Below, piece after piece: positions 13,987 to 64,000 of a stretch of DNA of 64,000 nucleotides. Below the pieces are notes generated by a model. That model was not told where the DNA came from and made no database searches. It saw only the letters and a program-made list of their open reading frames with translations. The stretch is from Chrysomallon squamiferum (taxonomy: Eukaryota > Animalia > Mollusca). The position numbers and the translations under genes are program-made. Positions within the stretch are counted from its first letter, which is position 1; the number at the start of each line of letters is the position of its first letter. Where the stretch lies: contig CM022669.1 in the NCBI GenBank assembly GCA_012295275.1, positions 4,402,001 to 4,466,000 of the forward strand. The letters run 5' to 3'.

Positions 13987-14546
13987 GTAGATATATGCAC
14001 AGAGAGAGACACACACACACACACACACACTCACATCGATAGAAAGATAGATCAGGGAAAAATGATATAGAATGTTGATTTGACCAAAGTTCTTTTGTTT
14101 TCTGTTTTTCACAAGGTCTGAAAGAGGCCTCGAAGAAAAGAAATCTTGCTGCATTGAACGACGCTATTGACAGCGCCGAGAACTCGATCTATTCAAGGAT
14201 GATCGTCAACTCAGAGACCATGATTGAAGCTCGCCAGGTCCAAGAAGTGCTGAAGAGACTAAACCTATTTCTGCATAAAATAAGCGAACTAAAACAAGAA
14301 ACTGTGTCTGAAATACACAGCTACAACCGTCCAAAGAGCCTAATTCATGACGTGATGAAAGCGACATATCTCATTCTAGGAGAAAAAGAAAAACAACTGA
14401 AGGTAAGCTTAGTTATGCTTCGTTTTCGTTGTTATGTAATTCAGATTGTTCTTACTTTCTTACAGTAATTGTTTACTTGTTTGGACATTGTGTTTTGTAC
14501 AGACATTTGTATATCAAATAGAATAAGAAAAAGGCAAGCACACACT

Positions 14547-14587
<41 letters not shown>

Positions 14588-15432
14588 GCATTTAGAGAGG
14601 GCTAGGAGGATGTTGAAATGATTTATTTATTATTTCTAGAAGTGGGAGTACGTACAGACTCTGTTGAGACGTCTGGGAAAGGACAGTATTGTTAGACGTA
14701 TTAAAGAGTTTGATATTGTGAGGTTGTCAATCCCTTCTGCTAAACGAGCCGACATTTTGCTGAACCAGTACAAACTTTTTGACGTCAGACAACACAGTGC
14801 AGGAGCCGCATCATTTTACGTCTGGGTAAGTTTTTGATATTAACACTAAAACAGATTACCAGTCTCATCTGCGCTCTAGTTACGCCAACAGTCCTAAAGA
14901 CTATCTTTGGTGATACAAACAAATAGTACAGCCTAATTAAGACATGGACAACCATTTTAGAGAATCATGCCGCATGGGAACGTGGCTCATTCAGGCAGGC
15001 TGAACTACTTATAAACTTTATTTTCATCCTGAAAATAGAACTGTCATTCAGAAAACACACTGCAGGCCCCAGTTTGCCCATAACTGTCCTAAATATTCAC
15101 TGCATATTTCATTGCAGTCTTAGGGTAGAGTTGGGTAAAAGGTCCCCTTGGGATAAAAAGCCCACTGGTTTTGTAGTGAAGTGTACGTATGAACTTAAAC
15201 CAGAAACTACACCATAAGACTCTATTGACCTCGTAGGTATATTCATCCTGTACCACGAAACTTCACTTCTAACTCATGTAAGTGTTTTATGAAATTTCGA
15301 ATGTTGGACAAATTCGTATAATATTTTTTATTCATGTTTTAGGTTAAAGAATTGTCCACGTACTCACAAAGTACTGTGACGTTAGGATGGGATGTATTGA
15401 CTTTATATTTAATAACTTGTTTTGATTTGTGA
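10373..15432 (+). CDS. KY (kyphoscoliosis peptidase)/hillarin/LTD-1-like transglutaminase-fold protein, copy 2, ~745 aa, with N-terminal MGCGAS and C-terminal dynein-MTBD-like module
   Basis: Phase-consistent exons 10373-10435 (MGCGASKSTPVVDEDDTDIDF), 11207-11320, 11492-11718, 12269-13370, 13488-13656, 14116-14402, 14640-14825, 15343-15432, total 2238 nt. KY/hillarin-type motifs: KVRYIFVW, FALICRAANIPCVIIRGKTKG, TWNAVYVDQSWRIVHPFW, NEFYFLTNPDEFIY, WQLL, FPVRGIYKMEI. The last exon is the least certain. AATAAA at ~15500. Confidence 0.88.
10685..11105. repeat. Degenerate ~25-40-bp minisatellite in the first coding intron of copy 2
   Basis: Repeated CAYACTATATCAGTRRTATTTCATATGACATAT-type motifs. 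Confidence 0.75.
11865..12205. repeat. (TCTA)n/(TCTG)n/(TCCG)n compound microsatellite
   Basis: Read directly. Confidence 0.9.
12269..13370 (+). CDS. Large internal exon of KY-like copy 2 (transglutaminase-like core plus beta-rich region)
   Basis: Lies within the 415-aa ORF 12159-13406; bounded by ctctcag| and |gtaaat. Confidence 0.92.
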
Positions 15433-16800
15433 CAGAATAGTTGATGGTGCATTCATTAAAATTTCGCATAAAAGACCCCATTACAAGATATTATTCTTCA
15501 ATAAATGTGAGTGTTTTGTTATATTGGTTTAATATCACGAATACACAAAATCAGTTCCTCTGTTCATAAATTATAATTACTGCTCAAAACGGGGAAAAGG
15601 TGCTAAATGTGATATAAAATATATAATATTTTCCTTAAGGGGAGGCTTTTACCCAAATCTATACTATATTTATTTTTGCCATCTAGTCTTAATTTTTAAT
15701 GAAGTATTGAGAGGATCAAGTACGTCTTGAAAAATATCAGGGTATAATGATGGAGTTCAGATGTTTTGTTTCAGTATTATTTTATGGTGATGAAAGAAGG
15801 TCCAAGATATTCAGATAATATCTAGGAATTATATTAAATTTCATTTGACCATTTGTAGTGACAAATGTTCTTGTTTAGTCTCATAGTTATATGGATCAAA
15901 CGCCGTTATCGACCAACTAATTGCCACATATTAGAATCATGAAAAAAAAAAAAAATAAATAAAATTTCTTCGTACATAAGGATTATGAGTTCAGCGGGTT
16001 AGACTGTTTCTCGGTTTCATTTATAAAGATGACTGTTGAAGGGAAGTAACTCACTGAGAATTGCAGAGTCGAACGAATAAAATCGTCCGTTCTATAGATT
16101 AATATGTTTCTAAAAACATTAAACATTGTAGATGTAAAATAGGTTTTTCTTTATTTTATTTCGTTTCATTTTATTTCTTTATTTTTTGTTGATATGTATG
16201 TATTTATTTGTTTGTTTGTTTGTTTATTAATTAATTTATTTATTTATTTATTTATTTTTTTGATAGTTATATATTTTTTATTTACATATTTTATTTTTAG
16301 AAAACGATGTTTGTGTTATTTGTGGCTATATCTTATATACCTATCTGTCTATCTGTCTATCTCTCTTACTATCTATCTATCTATTTATCTAGTTATATTG
16401 TGCTAACGAACATTTTATTTTTTATTTATTTCCAGAGTAACAACATAATAAGTGAAAAGAATAGAGAAGTGTAATTTTGGACAGAGAATGGAATCAATAC
16501 AAGACTACAGTTTTATTCTTTATCTTTGAACAAATTCAACTACAGCAGAGAAAATTTCTAAAAACGTAGGAAATTTAGTCACGTTTGACTAACGTTTTGT
16601 GATAAAGATTCGTAGATTACTGTCGATTAAATACTTTAATAAGTTCTGTACAGAAGAATTTTATACACTATTTATAATTGTGATTAAATATATTGAACAT
16701 AAAGCAATGTTCATCACTATGAGAGACTTATTATTGAATAATAGTGAGAAGTTACAATAAAGTGTTTTTTGGTTATTTTATATTTGTGGGTATATTGTCA

Positions 16801-16928
16801 CCTTGTTTGTGTGTTTGTATCATTATATAAAAAAAAGTTTAATATTCATATTTTCACTGTGATACAAGCGATCTGTGATTGAAAGTTACTCCAAAAATAA
16901 ACATCATAAACAATTTTCTTATTATTTA

Positions 16929-16988
<60 letters not shown>

Positions 16989-17312
16989 GACCTTGTTTGT
17001 GTGTTTGTGTCATCATATAAAGAAAAGTTTATTATTCATATTTTCACTGTGATAGAAGCGATCTGTGATTGAAAGTTACTCCAAAAATAAACATCATAAA
17101 CAATTTTCTTATTTTAATTATTATTTATTTTATTATTATTATTGTTATTATTATTATTACCTTGTTTGTGTCATTATATAATGAAAAGTTCATTATTCAT
17201 ATTTTCACTGTGATAGAAGCGATCTGTGATTGAAAGTTACTACAAAAATAAACATCATAAACAATTTTCTTCTTTTAATTCTTATTATTTCTTCTTCTTC
17301 TTCTTCTTCTTC

Positions 17313-17350
<38 letters not shown>
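16801..17350. repeat. Three tandem ~180-bp units, each ending in (ATT)n
   Basis: CCTTGTTTGTG...TTTTCACTGTGATASAAGCGATCTGTGATTGAAAGTTACT...CATCATAAACAATTTTCTT starts at 16801, 16991 and 17160. The paralogous flank near 8145-8215 has one partial copy. Confidence 0.9.
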
Positions 17351-17352
<2 letters not shown>

Positions 17353-17925
17353 AAAGGTTAAACACATTAAAATATATCTCAGGAGATGATGTGTATTGTT
17401 CATCATTAGAAAGGAGAAATAATACAAGTCAACAAAAAACTGAATCAGACGGAGTTACGTCCCTTCAATCATACTGCATTAAAAACATATTGAAAGTGAT
17501 CAGACACTATGAACAGGAACGCTGGGATACATAATATAAAAAACAAGCCCTCCATTGCCTCATGTTTTTCAAGATGATATAAGTTTTATTATTACAGAAA
17601 CGAGAACAGAACTTTGGTCGGCACAAGAACAGCATCAGAGTGCACCTGTCAGCCATTCTCAGCCAGATCAGTTACAAAACTGAGTAACTGTCCATTGTTT
17701 GTTTCACTGTGCGTTGAGGCTTTGTTTATTGAAATAAGTACTCTTAATTCAGGTCACGTATTCCTTGCTTGTGTTGGTGCTTATGTAGAAGAACTATCTA
17801 AGGTATATAACGTTATTTACTTCCACGTTTATTTGTAATAATAATAAAAATTTATCATATCATTATTGTTATTGTTATTGTAATTATAATTATTTATGTT
17901 TTTTGACTGTAACTGAGTTTATCAT

Positions 17926-18565
17926 AGTAGTAATGCCTGATCTTAAATCAACCGGAGAACTTTTTCAGGCATCAACATGGTTCAAAATATCAGTTTCTGT
18001 ATTTCCTCACAGAATTTTTTCCCCGACACCCGGGCACACTGCCAACACGGCTTTCCAGTTTCTGAAAAGCGAATTTTTTCAAGACGCGTTGAAAATGCGA
18101 GAGGTATCTTTTTGAAAGTGGAATAACCTTTTCGCCGCACGTGGCAAAATTGGGGCGCACGTACCCAAAAGAGGGGCACGGATTGCCCCACACAGGCGAA
18201 AAGTACCACACGCCCCACTCAAGGGGAACAGCTCGTTTCCGACACGTTTAAAAAAAAAAACCGCACATATTTTGCAAATTTGCTCGTTGTTTTTTTCACA
18301 CGCATTTCAGATATGTGGCGCACCTTTTGTAAAAGTGAGTCGTCCTCTCAAACTCGTCGAGAAGAATGACGTCATTCGGTCGAGTCGGCGGGCACGGGTT
18401 CAGACCTCGAAGTCGCGCCGAGTCGTTTCCGAGCGGGCCGAGCCGGCCACGTGTCGCCTCGTTTCCAAACGGTGTCCCGCATTTTATTCCGCGAGTGGAT
18501 AAAAGGTTTTTCACATATGGAAAATGTTTTTTGGAAATATTGCGCGACGGGGAAAAAGTTCTCAA
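17926..18565. mobile_element. CpG-rich non-coding block, possibly a Polinton/Maverick-type terminal inverted repeat fragment
   Basis: Abrupt switch to GC/CpG-rich sequence starting AGTAGT, with internal palindromes (GGGGCACGGATTGCCCC, GAATGACGTCATTC) and no credible ORF. No partner TIR seen in the window. Confidence 0.35.
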
Positions 18566-19245
18566 CATAGGAACATTTTCACGTAGTAAATCGATAATAC
18601 AAAATGTTCACCTTAGTTACATTAATGAAACTGTATAATATATATGATAAAATAATAAAGATATTTATAAACTAATATTATCAATAATATCTTTAACTAC
18701 CCCAACCAAAAAAAAAAAAAAAAAAAATTTACAAAAATATTAAAAACATAAAGACTTTTAAAGAAAGTATATATCTGCCTATATTTTTAGCAACATAAAT
18801 AATACTGGCAAAATAAAATAAAATTAATTAAAATTAATAGAATGTATAACGTCCAAGAAAAAAAAAAAAACACACACAATACACAAAGAAAAGAAGAAAA
18901 TAATTTTAAAATAAATTTTATGAAGAACAAAAAAGAAGAAAAGTAAAGAAACCAGAATGCTGTGATTTTCAAAAATGTGTTTATTTACTGAAAGTTTAAT
19001 ATAATTAGACAGCAATTTTATAAAGTGGCTAAAAAAGTTAAGAAATAAAAAAGATCTTAAAAATGTAAGAAGCAATAGTAAGTTATTCTGCTAGTTACGC
19101 ATTTTAACAACATTGACTCACAAACATAAAATATATCTTAATAGATAACAATATTCTAATATTAGTATATAGATGAAAATATAAAAATGTCTTATTTTGT
19201 ATTATTGATTTACTACATGAAAGTATAACTAGCATTGTTCGGACA

Positions 19246-19572
19246 CCACCATTTGTAATAAAATTTTATAACTGTCTGGGAACATTAACAGACAGTAATC
19301 CTAGATCAGAACGATTAGTTTATTTAATAATTTGTCTAAGTATTTTAATTTATTATTTTTATTATTATTATTATTAACTTGGTTAGGTTCTATTATTCCT
19401 GACCATTAAAAAAAAAAATAATAATACAAAAAATTAAATGTCACCTGGTGAGTGATGACACCCACACAGAAATTGCTTGGACGTCACCATTTGTAATAAA
19501 GTTTTATAACTTTCTGGGAACATTAACTGACTGACAGTAATCCTAGATCAGAACAATTAGTTTATTTAATGA
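19246..19572. repeat. ~85-bp direct duplication
   Basis: CACCATTTGTAATAAA.TTTTATAACT.TCTGGGAACATTAAC...GACAGTAATCCTAGATCAGAAC.ATTAGTTTATTTAAT at ~19247-19330 and ~19485-19570. Confidence 0.85.
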
Positions 19573-20818
19573 TAAGAAAAACATTCATATGCATTATATG
19601 TACATATGCAGAACCAACCAATTCATAAAATAATACTAATGCTTTTTAACAAGCATTTCACTGTTAAGTGAACAAGACATGGAATTTAATGTCAATGCAC
19701 TTACATATAATTCAGAAGATGCATGAATGTGCAAGATCGTGCTTTAATTCTTGTAAAATTATTTGCACAAAATTAAGTCATAAAAAAGCACTTATCCGTC
19801 CAATATTCATTTTTCAAAAATACGCCTTACGATTAAAACATTTTCCTCCCCACATAATAGGTTTTACAAAACAAGGTAAATTTAAAACCTAAAATTAATC
19901 TAGATATTCCCATAAAATCTATACTTAAAATGAAAGTAAATTATTAATTCTGTTTGAATATTTTAAATTTGTTTTCATAATATAAATATTTAATAATTCA
20001 ATTCTGATTTTTTTTTTTTTTTATTTTTTTTTCAAAATTTACTCAGATGTTAAAATTCATACAAGCACAAATGTGGGAAATCTTCATATTAAAAGTGTTT
20101 ACTATGACAGCATGCACCAAGCAAAAATAATAAAACTATATTTAAATGTTGCCATTTGTGTAATTCACAGCTACTGAAAGCTGATTTGCACAACAGTTAA
20201 TATTATATTGAGGTAAATGACAAAACAAGTATATCCAAGTTTTAAATTAAAAATAATCATAATAATAATCTTGTAACTTGCAACTGTGTATAAATATATA
20301 TTAATTTTGTGAAAAATTTAACATAATAAATAAATAAACCATTAGAATATTTATTTCACTTTATTTTTTTAACGTAATTCTTAAAAAAAACCATTTGTTT
20401 GCAAACAAAATATGAACATAAATATTTTTCAACAACAGTGAACATTATTTTTTAACATATAAAAATCCTGTAAATCTTCCATTTGTGTTCATAAGAAAGA
20501 TTGCAACAAAAGCAATTCTTAATAAAAAAATAATTAAAAATTTAATTATTCTCATTATTTTCTTTATTTTTTTTTTTCCACTAACTTTTAATTTAAATAG
20601 AATTTAAAAACAAGGACAAACACACAATATTAAACAGTTGTTCCATTCTACTGAATTTTAAAAAATTTAATTATTCAACATATGTGTCTGTGTGTGTGCA
20701 TATGTGTGCATGTATGTGTGTGAATACATATATATTACTGACTCAATGTAATCAAATAGACTGAAACTCTCATAAAAATGAATTCTCCTGATACTGGGCT
20801 TTTTTGGTTGTTTTTATT

Positions 20819-20849
<31 letters not shown>

Positions 20850-21708
20850 AGATAATTTTCATTATTTAAATCTCCAGCTCAAAAAGACAAACATAAAAAG
20901 ATAAAGAAAATCAAACTATTTGAAAATGAAAAGTAGCATTTTCCTTATCATCAAATGAAAATGAATACTGATTGATTGAAGTGTTATGTTTCTAAGTAGA
21001 AAGACTATTTTTCTAACAGCAAGTTTTCACTGACACCACTCAATACAATTCGACTTCCAAGAATGACACAGGCATACATAATAACATATATTTCATTTAA
21101 TTTCCATATAATAAATTTTGTCTTAGACATAATTTTATGAATTGGCTAACAGTTAATTTGATATGTATGTGTGATGGAAATAATTATGAAAACTTTAAAA
21201 CATGTCTCTCAAATACAGGGGGAAAAAATGGTCATTATTCTTTGCATACTTTTGTAACTAAAACAAACTGGTGATGTCAGTAAAAACTTAAGTCTCCAAA
21301 ACAACTTAAAGTCTTAAAATAAAAATAGTTAGTTGTTTTCATAGTGCAATTCAACTATATACAATAATCAGTTTGATTTATAACCTAGAGAAAATGCCCT
21401 TTAAAATATTATAGCATTTGATTTACAATGAAAATAAACTGAACCATTTTTTTTTTTTTTTTTTTTTTTATTTTAAATCACAGATATTTTGTCATAGTTA
21501 CATTTAAAATACAACATTCATTTTACATTGCAATAAAATTATCTTCAGCTAATAAAAAAAATTATATAAATATAAAACAAATTCAAAAATAAGAAAGAAA
21601 ACAGTTAATGTTTAACAATTATTAAATGAGGTATCTCTTAAACTGTAAATTTATTTTCAAAACCACCATCTTTGTTTTTCTCTTCATTTTTTTGTTTTGT
21701 TTTGAATG

Positions 21709-59650
<37,942 letters not shown>

Positions 59651-59828
59651 GGCTGTTGGTAACAATGACTGTCTCTCTCACTCTCTCGGTGTTCTATCTA
59701 CTCTGACAAGCACGCCACATTACTCATCGATTTGTACAAAATCAATGCGCAGTAGCCGCCCTTGTCTCGACTCTTTTGAAATTAATTAGACGTGTTTTCT
59801 CTCGTGCCGCTAGAAGTGCAGTGAGAAC

Positions 59829-59846
59829 GTGACGTAGATACGTCAC
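59829..59846. promoter_or_regulatory. Inverted pair of CRE/ATF-like sites in the A2M-like proximal promoter
   Basis: GTGACGTA-GA-TACGTCAC, a perfect 8-bp inverted repeat ~180 bp upstream of the A2M ATG. Motif match only. Confidence 0.4.
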
Positions 59847-59984
59847 TTGTGATTAAAGTGGTCGAAACAATTTTCACAATTAAAAAGTAATAACAATTAA
59901 AAAACAAAACAATATTAAAAATATATAATACAAATTACAAAAAAAATTATAAATAAATAAATAAATAATAATAAATTAATAATA

Positions 59985-60061
59985 ATTATTATTATTATTA
60001 TTATTATTTATTGTTGACTGTTAATGAAGAAAACATTAACTTACACTTAGACAAATTTATA

Positions 60062-60097
<36 letters not shown>

Positions 60098-60115
60098 TAT
60101 TGTTAATGAAAAAAA

Positions 60116-60165
<50 letters not shown>

Positions 60166-60207
60166 TGACTGTCAATGAAGAAAAACATTAACTTACACTT
60201 AGACAAA
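59985..60207. repeat. (ATT)n with a duplicated ~42-bp spacer
   Basis: TGACTGTYAATGAAGAAAA(A)CATTAACTTACACTTAGACAAA at ~60015 and ~60166, partial copy at ~60100. Confidence 0.8.
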
Positions 60208-60422
60208 AAGCTTATAAATCTGAATAAGTTGGAAATTGTTACTCGTGTTCCTACATTTCTTTAAAAATGTTTTATCTATTGTTTAGTTACAAATCTGAGG
60301 TTAATGGAGAACATTTTTGTGGTTCTTCTTAGGGGCGGAAACGTAATTTCTGAAAACAGGAGGTGCCTTTATGGTGGTGTATTTTATAAAATATTAAATA
60401 TGTTTCCTCAGTAATTGACATC

Positions 60423-60423
<1 letters not shown>

Positions 60424-60500
<77 letters not shown>
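60424..60500. repeat. (CT)n microsatellite
   Basis: Read directly. Confidence 0.95.
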
Positions 60501-60503
<3 letters not shown>

Positions 60504-61977
60504 CTTGTGTAAGTGCATGCGTAAACTCTCGGATATATTTCATACATACAAACGGACACAAGTTTTTAAGTGATGTAACACAAGTTAGTAATGTATCTAA
60601 CGCGTTGTTCGTGCGTCATATTATGCAATGTTTCGGAAATGCGTGGGTACGAAACAAAGGTAGAATTATTTCAGTAGTTTCAATGGTTTAGCGAAGAAAA
60701 CAAGTGTTAAGCGCGTGACCACATGCCTCCCCATTCAAAATCGTACGTTTCCGGGCCATCCCGTCTCTTGTGTTTATTTGTGCAGCTAACTTCCCATTTG
60801 ATCTTAGCGTATTCAACCGTCCATTTAATGGAGTATTTCAAGTGCTTTACATAAGCTATAGCGAGACTGTCTTCAAGAAACAAATTAGTTGTTCGTCTTC
60901 AACATCGTCACAATCATTTTCTTCATCTTTAATTCTCAACATTAGTCATCATTCTTTAAGAAAACACACGTACTGGAGTTCAGCCTTATTTATCAGTGTT
61001 TAGAGGAGGATGACGTTAGAGTTGCTATTAATATGCTTCTTCTTCTTCTTCTTCTTATTATTATTAGGTTAGCAGCAAAAGTAGTAGCACAAGTAGTAGT
61101 GGTGGTAGTAAAAGCAGTGGTATCTGTAATAGTACTGTTATTATGTTACTACTACTACTGCTACTACTACTATACTAAAACCGATGCTACTAATGTCATT
61201 GCTGTTGATGATAATGGTGATAATTACGATACTGTTGCTGCTGCTACTAATTACTGTTAATTTTTTTTTTTTCTCGTTTGCAATGAATCAATGAATATCT
61301 ACTTACAAATAACAAAACGACATCATTATGGTAACTGTTTAATTTGTTTACAAGCATCAGCCCAACACAGTTTCAGTATATAAACAATAAACATAATCCC
61401 TATACTTAAAATCAACCAACCATCCAAATGAATGCATATTACCCGAATAAAGCGGTTCGCGCTGGAGTACCAGTTTGTGACGTCACCTCACCCTCCACTG
61501 GACAATCTGATCTTACACTGTCCGCTCTCACTTCCGTCTCCTGGTCATCTTCCCTTCGTACGTCTTGGCCCGGATCCACGTCTGCCCGGGATCGCCTAAG
61601 TTAAACATCGACGGGAAACTTGTTTATATATAGATATAGATACAGTGTCATGATTAAACGTCGAATGGAAATGCACGTGCTTTAAATGTACTGACAGTGC
61701 ATGTCCGTTCTTTGGTCAACGTGCATGTTTTTCTAGTATGCGAATAACGTGACATTATGCGTCATACAGAAATGGGTGAAAGACATTAAAAGACGTTTAA
61801 GCTATTTGATTATCCAAGATGTGTACGTCATAACTTTCTGCCAATGAAATCGTTCGTTTCCTGACGATCCTACTTATATGTTGTGAATCCGGCCCTTTGT
61901 TTCTTTCTTTGTGTTTGTGTGATGGGCGGTGGATATGTGAGAGTATATAAATAAGTCTGTTTCCTTTTATATGCAAA

Positions 61978-61983
61978 TATGTG

Positions 61984-62037
<54 letters not shown>

Positions 62038-62610
62038 ATTTTTCTTTTTTGTGTGTACATATGTTCTTATTTGTTTTTCTTTCTGTGTATATGTCCTCTT
62101 TTTTTCTATATATATGTGTGTGTGTGTGTGTTTCTTTGTTTATATGTGTGTATACGTACGTGTGTTTCTGTTTCTTTCTGTTTCAGATAAGTGTATGTAT
62201 GTTTCTTTGTGTAGGTACGTGTATGGATTGTTTTTTTTAGTTTTGTTTTTATCAGATGTGTATATCTGTAGATATGTGTGTTTCTTTATGTAGATGTGCG
62301 TGTTAATTTGTGTCCATGTGTGTACACTGTATGTAAGTGCTTTTTTGTGTAGGTGTGTGTTTCTTTACGTAGATCAATGTGCATGTGTATTTCTTTTGTG
62401 TTGTTTCTTTGTGTTGTTTCTTATGTATATGTGTTTATTTGTGTCCGAGTGTGTATCTTTGTGTAAGCGTGTCTACGTTTCTGTATATGCTTGTTCATAT
62501 ATGTGTTTGTGTACATGGGTGGGTGTGCATTTCTTTGTAGCATTCCTATCTGTACGTGTATTCTTGTTTTTTGTGTGTATGTGTTTCTTTTTCTTTCTCT
62601 ATGTTTCTAT
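61978..62610. repeat. (TG)n and degenerate TG-rich low-complexity region
   Basis: Read directly; source of the C/V-rich ORFs. Confidence 0.85.
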
Positions 62611-62622
62611 GATCATTACGTT

Positions 62623-62669
<47 letters not shown>

Positions 62670-63285
62670 TAAAAAAATAATGAAAAAGAAATAAGAAAAG
62701 AAGACCAAATTAAAATAAAAAAATTAAAATATACGTATTTCTTTTGAAGTAATTGATTCGAATTATTTCATTCAACCAATGTTTTTATTTATTTATTTAC
62801 TTATTTATTTATTTATTAATTAATTACTGTTGCTGTTATTGTTGTTAATTGGTTATGTTACAATAGTAGTAGTATGGTAATAATAGTAATACTAATAATA
62901 TTAATGTTAGTGTAATAGTTGTAGTAGTAGTAACATTTGTAGTAATAGCAGTAGTGTCTTTAGTAGTAGTACTAGTAGAAGTAGTAGTGGCAGTAGTAAT
63001 AGTAATATAAAATTTGTTCGTCATCATCATCATCATTTATTTATTCATTCATTCATAAATTCAGGTATAACAGCACGAGTACGTTATAAAATATATAGTA
63101 TAACAAACTTTAATCAAAATACAAATACCTTAAGACTTAAATGTTAAATGAGTATTTATAAACATATTTTAAACGTATGTTCCAGTTTTTGTCATAGTTA
63201 TATGCACCTTTCGTTTACAAACGATCGTTAACGGACTATTTTGGTGCTCTAGCTTAGAAGAGGAATGTCATAAAGTAAAATAACA

Positions 63286-63378
63286 ATGTCAGCCACCACA
63301 CCACATATGAAAGATTTGATGAAGAAAAAGAATGAAATAGAATCCAGTATCAAAGAGTTACATGAATTACTCGATTCA
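63286..63378 (+). CDS. PSMD9: First coding exon of 26S proteasome non-ATPase regulatory subunit 9-like (p27/Nas2); gene continues beyond the window
   Basis: acaATG; MSATTPHMKDLMKKKNEIESSIKELHELLDS|gtagga resembles the PSMD9 N-terminal coiled coil (recalled human ELMRRKEEIEAQIKANYDVLES). Only 31 codons are visible. Confidence 0.7.
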
Positions 63379-64000
63379 GTAGGAAACACACATATTTATA
63401 ATTTTGCTTTTGGTCATGTAATTTTATATACATAATATATTATAATTCGTATTTGCATATTCATCGTGATAAATCAAGATTCAAATCATTATGATTATGA
63501 TTATGATGATTAATATTATTTAATCATTCGATTCATTGCAAACATAAATTGACATAATGTTATTTAGTTTTCAGTCCCCTATACAATTTTAGAAACTGTT
63601 ACTGTCATTAATGTGTTAAATTACCAATTTGATTTTAAAAATCATATAAATTAGTGTTCTGCTATTTGACAAATCATAATTACATAAATCGACAAATCAT
63701 AGCCTAGTTGGTCTGATGAAATCAAGATCAATGGAAATATTGTTAATAATCTTTTGTTGAAACAAGTTATATATATATATAAATAATTCTACATATTTTA
63801 AGATAATTTATTTAAATAGGGATTTTTTATTCGTTTGAATATGTGAACAAGGGAACATGAAAACTTTAAAACAAGTTAGAATTTGTTACAAAAATGTTCA
63901 CAAATGATTTTTAAAAAACAAAGACAATTACTGAATTAATACTGATTAATAAAATAATGTGCTTAATTACCCAACCATCATATAATTATTATTATTACTA

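Noticed and set aside
14116-14825. Fragment of a true dynein heavy chain gene
   Set aside because: No AAA/P-loop exons nearby; the exons are phase-linked to the KY-like exons and the frame ends right after the MTBD-like segment.
17903-18638. Six overlapping 70-90 aa ORFs in the GC-rich block
   Set aside because: Expected from stop-codon scarcity in GC-rich DNA; no recognisable motif and no clear splice structure.

Overview
AT-rich, intron- and microsatellite-rich animal DNA; the style suggests an invertebrate, probably a mollusc, but the species cannot be determined. Almost all short ORFs in the supplied track are microsatellite artefacts. The real genes were rebuilt by hand from splice sites. 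(1) 1-2789: a ~625-bp tandem array that switches orientation, forming a large inverted repeat. (2) ~2.8-17.9 kb: a head-to-tail duplication of a KY/hillarin-like gene on +. Copy 2 (10373-15432, ~745 aa) reads MGCGAS acylation motif - catalytically dead transglutaminase-like domain - beta-rich region - helical linker - C-terminal module closely resembling the dynein microtubule-binding domain. Copy 1 is internally deleted and frameshifted. (3) 17.9-18.6 kb: an orphan CpG-rich block with an AGTAGT start, possibly a Polinton terminal repeat. (4) 59650->21709 (-): a 37-exon alpha-2-macroglobulin-type thioester protein gene (~1690 aa, GCGEQ intact) with an NTR/C345C-like tail, candidate alternative 3' exons, one apparent frameshift, splice-site-derived minisatellites and three DNA transposons in the bait-region intron. 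(5) 63286 onward (+): first coding exon of a PSMD9-like gene, divergent from the A2M-like gene. Family assignments rest on recalled motifs, not database searches.
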